DNA from: Candidatus Manganitrophus morganii
GTDB lineage: Bacteria > Nitrospirota > Nitrospiria > SBBL01 > Manganitrophaceae
Length of the DNA stretch: 24,000 nucleotides
NCBI GenBank assembly: GCA_021651055.1
Contig: JAJHOH010000001.1
Coordinates: 4,207,059 to 4,231,058 of the forward strand
Reading direction: 5' to 3'
The notes below the pieces were generated by a model that saw nothing but the letters and a program-made list of their open reading frames with translations, ran no database searches and was not told the origin of the DNA. A program made the translations under genes and the position numbers. This document shows, piece by piece, positions 21,021 to 24,000 of this stretch (position 1 is its first letter; every line of letters begins with the position of its first letter).

Positions 21021-22265
21021 CTATATTAATCCACTTAGCTCGTTTCCGGCAACGGCCACATCGGACAGGAGCTGGACGGCGACTTTTTCACCCGCTTTGT
21101 GGAGGTTGCCGGCTTCGGGCAGGATCATCAGCGCGTTTGCCTTGACCAGCGAGAGAAGGATGTGGGAGTCCTGATCGCCGGTGGTCCGGACGCGGTACTC
21201 CCCTTTTTGGACGGAAACGATCGCCCGCATGAAGTGACGGCGGCCGGGGTGTTTGCGGACCTCTTCTTCAAGGGTTGCTTGAATAATCGGTCGGAAGAAT
21301 TCGGTCCGGCCGCCGGCCATTAAAAGGGCGGGGCGGACGAACTGCTCGAAAGAAACCATCGCGGAAACCGGATTCCCCGGTAACCCGAAGGCCGGTTTTC
21401 CGCCGATCACCCCGAAGGCGAGCGGCTGGCCCGGCTTCATCGCCACCTTCCAGAACTTCATCTCGGCTCCCAGCTCCATCAAGACCTCCTGGACGAAATC
21501 ATAATCGCCCATCGAGACCCCGCCGGAGGCGATCAGAAAGTCGGCGTGCAGCCCGCCCCTCAGCTTTTTGTCGAGATCCTCCCGCGTGTCTTTGGCGATG
21601 CCGAGGTTGATCGGGAGTCCCCCCGCCTCGATCACCTGCGCCGCCACGCCGTAGCCGTTGCTGTTGAGGATCTTGTTCGGCCCGCGCGGCTCGTCGAGCT
21701 CGGCCAGCTCGTCCCCGGTGGAGAGGATCGCCACCCGCGGCTGTTGATAGACCGGGACGACCGACCGGCCGATCGACGCCATCATCGCAATGTCGGCGGG
21801 ACGAATCCGGATCCCTTTCTTTAAAATCAGATCCCCCGTCCGGATCGCCTCCCCTTTTTTCCGGATGAAGTCGCCGTCATCGGCCGCCTCGAAAATTTTT
21901 ACTTGATCGCCGTGCCGCTCCGTCTCCTCGACCTTCACGATCGCCTCGGCCCCTTCCGGGACCGGCGCGCCGGTCATGATCTTCGAGGCCTCTCCGGGCT
22001 CGATCTTTTTCTGAGGGAGGGTCCCCGCGGGGATTTCTTCGATGATCTTGAGTGTCCACGGGTTTGTTCTGGACGCGCCGGCGGTGTCGTTCCAACGGAC
22101 GGCGTAGCCGTCCATCGCGGAGGTGTCCCAAGGGGGATGATCGAGCGTGGAGAGTAGATCCTCCGAAAGAACCCGCCCGAGCGCATTGGACAGCAGCACC
22201 CGCTCCGTCCCCATCCGGCGGATTTCGGCGAGAATGATCTTTTGGGCTTCTTCAACGGAAATCAT
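21021..22265 (-). CDS. moeA: molybdopterin molybdenumtransferase MoeA
   Basis: MISVEEAQKIIL, PPWDTSAMDGYAVR, IMTGAPVPEGA, VAILSTGDEL, NSNGY, LIASGGVSMGDYDF, KVAMKPGQP and GLPGNPVSAMVSF are MoeA/gephyrin-E motifs. Confidence 0.92.
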   Translation of the reverse strand: MISVEEAQKIILAEIRRMGTERVLLSNALGRVLSEDLLSTLDHPPWDTSAMDGYAVRWNDTAGASRTNPWTLKIIEEIPAGTLPQKKIEPGEASKIMTGAPVPEGAEAIVKVEETERHGDQVKIFEAADDGDFIRKKGEAIRTGDLILKKGIRIRPADIAMMASIGRSVVPVYQQPRVAILSTGDELAELDEPRGPNKILNSNGYGVAAQVIEAGGLPINLGIAKDTREDLDKKLRGGLHADFLIASGGVSMGDYDFVQEVLMELGAEMKFWKVAMKPGQPLAFGVIGGKPAFGLPGNPVSAMVSFEQFVRPALLMAGGRTEFFRPIIQATLEEEVRKHPGRRHFMRAIVSVQKGEYRVRTTGDQDSHILLSLVKANALMILPEAGNLHKAGEKVAVQLLSDVAVAGNELSGLI

Positions 22266-22297
22266 CGCGAACCCAAGACGGTGAGGTGTCGGAGAAA

Positions 22298-22924
22298 TTA
22301 AATCTTATCGTGTCGCAGCAGGTCGAGGAATTCGGCTCGGGTTTTCGGATCGGTCTTGAAGACCCCGAGCATCGCGCTGGTGACGGTGCGGGCGTTTTGC
22401 TTCTCGACGCCCCGCATCATCATGCAGAGATGCTGCGCCTCGATGACCACGCCGACGCCGTGCGGGTGGATCTTGTCCGCAATCGCATGGGCGATCTCGC
22501 CGGTCAAGCGCTCTTGCAGTTGCAGCCGACGGCAGAAAATCTCCACCACCCGGGGAAGCTTGCTTAGGCCGACGACTTTCTTATTGGGAAGATAGGCGAT
22601 GTGGCACTTTCCGAAAAAGGGGAGAAGATGATGCTCGCACATGGAGAAGAAGTTGATGTCCTTCACGATCACCATCTCTTCATGATCGATGGTAAAAAAG
22701 GCCTCGTTCAACACCCGATCGACGTTCTGGTGATAGCCGCTGGTCAGGAAACGGAGCGATCGCTCGACGCGGCCCGGCGTTCCCTTCAACCCTTCCCGGG
22801 ACGGGTCTTCTCCCAGCGAGACCAGGAGTTTTTCCACCAGTTCTTTGACGGCCGGGGTCTCTGTTTCCATGCTCTTTTTTGGGCTGTCGCCCGTCGATCG
22901 ATTTCCGCTGCGCTTGGAAGCCAC
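22298..22924 (-). CDS. folE: GTP cyclohydrolase I (FolE type 1)
   Basis: [67 protein letters not shown] start at 22924 directly abuts the upstream stop, with GGAGA 8 nt upstream. An alternative ATG lies at 22870. Confidence 0.93.
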   Translation of the reverse strand: MASKRSGNRSTGDSPKKSMETETPAVKELVEKLLVSLGEDPSREGLKGTPGRVERSLRFLTSGYHQNVDRVLNEAFFTIDHEEMVIVKDINFFSMCEHHLLPFFGKCHIAYLPNKKVVGLSKLPRVVEIFCRRLQLQERLTGEIAHAIADKIHPHGVGVVIEAQHLCMMMRGVEKQNARTVTSAMLGVFKTDPKTRAEFLDLLRHDKI

Positions 22925-24000
22925 TTAGGGAATCTCCAGTTTTTTGGGAAAGGTCGTGAGGTTCCGGCATCCGTCTTTTTCAACCAGGACCATGTCTTCG
23001 ATCCGGACCGCGCCGATCTCCGGGTAATAAAGCCCCGGCTCCACGGTCACTACTTCCCCCTCTTTGAGGATCCAATCGGCACGGCTGATTCGCGGCGGCT
23101 CATGGATATCGATGCCGACGCCGTGCCCCGTTCCATGAAAGAATCCCTGCATCCGCCCGCCGACCTTGCCGGTGTGATACCCTTTTTTCTCGAAGAGCCC
23201 GACGATCTCTTCATGAATCGCCTTCCCGGAGGCGCCGCTTCGAACGCGGCTGATGCCGAGCTCCTGCCCTTCCAGGACGGTGTCGTAGAGCTTCTTCATT
23301 CCATCGGAAGCCCGTCCTTTGACCACCGTCCGGCTCATGTCGGCGAAGTAGCGGGTCTCGGAGGATCGGGGAAAAACATCGAAGATAATCGGCTCGTTCG
23401 CCCGCAGCGGGCCCGATCCCTCATTGTGAGGATCGCAGGCATCCACCCCGCAGGCGATGATCGTGTGCTGTCCGATGCATCCCTTCTCCATCATCCGGAG
23501 GTGGAGATGGCTTCGAACCGACTCCGACGTGAGGACCTTTCCCTCAAGATAGATTTGACCGTTCTTAATCTCCGCCCTTCGGAGAAGATCGAACGCCTCC
23601 GTGACCGCTTCTTCCACGGCGATCTGACTCTTTCGGATGGCGGCCACTTCCTCCGGCGTCTTCAGGGCCCGTTCTTCGAAGAACGGCTCCTTCTTGATCG
23701 AGAGGGTAAAACCGCGGGACCGGAGCGCGTCGCCGTATTCCAACGGAAAATTCGCCGGAACGGTCAGCTCCTTGACCCCTTGTTCCTGGAGGAGCGTTTG
23801 AACGACATCGGCCATATCGGGGCGATCGATCCCCCGTTTTTTGGTCCGTTCTTCATACTCCGAATAGGAGAGGACCTGATCGACGGACGATTGGGCGCGG
23901 GCGCGGTCGACCTCCAGATCGCTCATGAGAAGAAGCGTTTTACCGCGGGCGCGAAGGAAGATGAAGTTATCGGGGGCGAGGAACTTGGTTGCGTAGTAGA
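22925..24000 (-). CDS. M24B family Xaa-Pro peptidase (partial; N-terminus beyond the right edge)
   Basis: HGTGHGVGIDIHEPP, VTVEPGLY and GAVRIEDMVLV are the M24 metal-ligand motifs. The track starts it at ATG 23926, but the frame stays open to nt 24000 (..YYATKFLAPDNFIFLRARGKTLLLMSDLE..). That upstream stretch looks like the creatinase-type N-terminal domain, so the gene most likely starts outside the window. Confidence 0.88.
   Translation of the reverse strand, partial: YYATKFLAPDNFIFLRARGKTLLLMSDLEVDRARAQSSVDQVLSYSEYEERTKKRGIDRPDMADVVQTLLQEQGVKELTVPANFPLEYGDALRSRGFTLSIKKEPFFEERALKTPEEVAAIRKSQIAVEEAVTEAFDLLRRAEIKNGQIYLEGKVLTSESVRSHLHLRMMEKGCIGQHTIIACGVDACDPHNEGSGPLRANEPIIFDVFPRSSETRYFADMSRTVVKGRASDGMKKLYDTVLEGQELGISRVRSGASGKAIHEEIVGLFEKKGYHTGKVGGRMQGFFHGTGHGVGIDIHEPPRISRADWILKEGEVVTVEPGLYYPEIGAVRIEDMVLVEKDGCRNLTTFPKKLEIP

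Noticed and set aside
22266-22297. Moco or THF riboswitch upstream of moeA or folE
   Set aside because: The intergenic spacers are only 32 nt (folE to moeA) and 0 nt (peptidase to folE), far too short for either riboswitch class.
14273-22900. Possible horizontally acquired island, suggested by the many long stop-free antisense frames opposite cheB-like, katA, phoX-like, moeA and folE
   Set aside because: The pattern suggests higher GC3 in these genes than in the 5-13 kb region. I cannot compute composition reliably by eye, there are no flanking tRNA, integrase or repeat boundaries, and moeA/folE are core genes. GC3 and codon-usage profiling against the whole genome would be needed.
1-24000. 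Mobile elements, CRISPR arrays, tRNA/rRNA genes, toxin-antitoxin or known defence systems
   Set aside because: I saw no direct-repeat/spacer arrays, no transposase, integrase or recombinase-like ORFs, no terminal inverted repeats flanking blocks and no cloverleaf-like tRNA candidates in the intergenic regions. The larger gaps (18731-19078, 10533-10702, 12919-13111, 17906-18118) are explained by promoters and operators.

Overview
This looks like an ordinary chromosomal stretch from a diderm (Gram-negative-type) bacterium. I found no rRNA, tRNA, CRISPR array, transposase, integrase or obvious defence genes. I support 27 coding regions, two of which run off the window edges.

(1) 1-5100, minus strand: the conserved translation and SRP cluster ffh-rpsP-KH-rimM-trmD-rplS-rnhB-yraN. 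The genes are tightly coupled, and several starts in the ORF track are better placed a few codons downstream.

(2) 5164-12918: a DegT-type aminotransferase, then an ExeA/GspA/MshM-like AAA+ ATPase 6 nt downstream of a 983-aa cytoplasmic protein built from TPR blocks and acidic linkers. These are followed by a tiny Pro/Glu-rich lipoprotein and the divergent lptF-lptG.

(3) 13000-17900: a compact stress block. It holds two diverged tandem Hsp20 genes, a receiver-less CheB-type methylesterase with a C-terminal zinc ribbon, a Fur-family regulator that looks like a Cys4-less PerR, a clade-3-type catalase and a DUF2628-like membrane protein. Near-identical 7-1-7 palindromes sit at both the regulator and catalase promoters.

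(4) 18119-24000: inorganic pyrophosphatase, a Tat-exported PhoX/DUF839-like phosphatase preceded by three 11-bp-phased TTAA-core direct repeats (Pho-box-like), an orphan 93-aa ORF, moeA, folE and a partial M24 Xaa-Pro peptidase.

The two best candidates for under-described biology are the ATPase plus TPR/acidic scaffold pair and the sHSP-sHSP-CheB-like unit next to the atypical PerR/catalase module. Neither is demonstrably novel from sequence alone. All family calls rest on motif recognition by eye, not on database searches.
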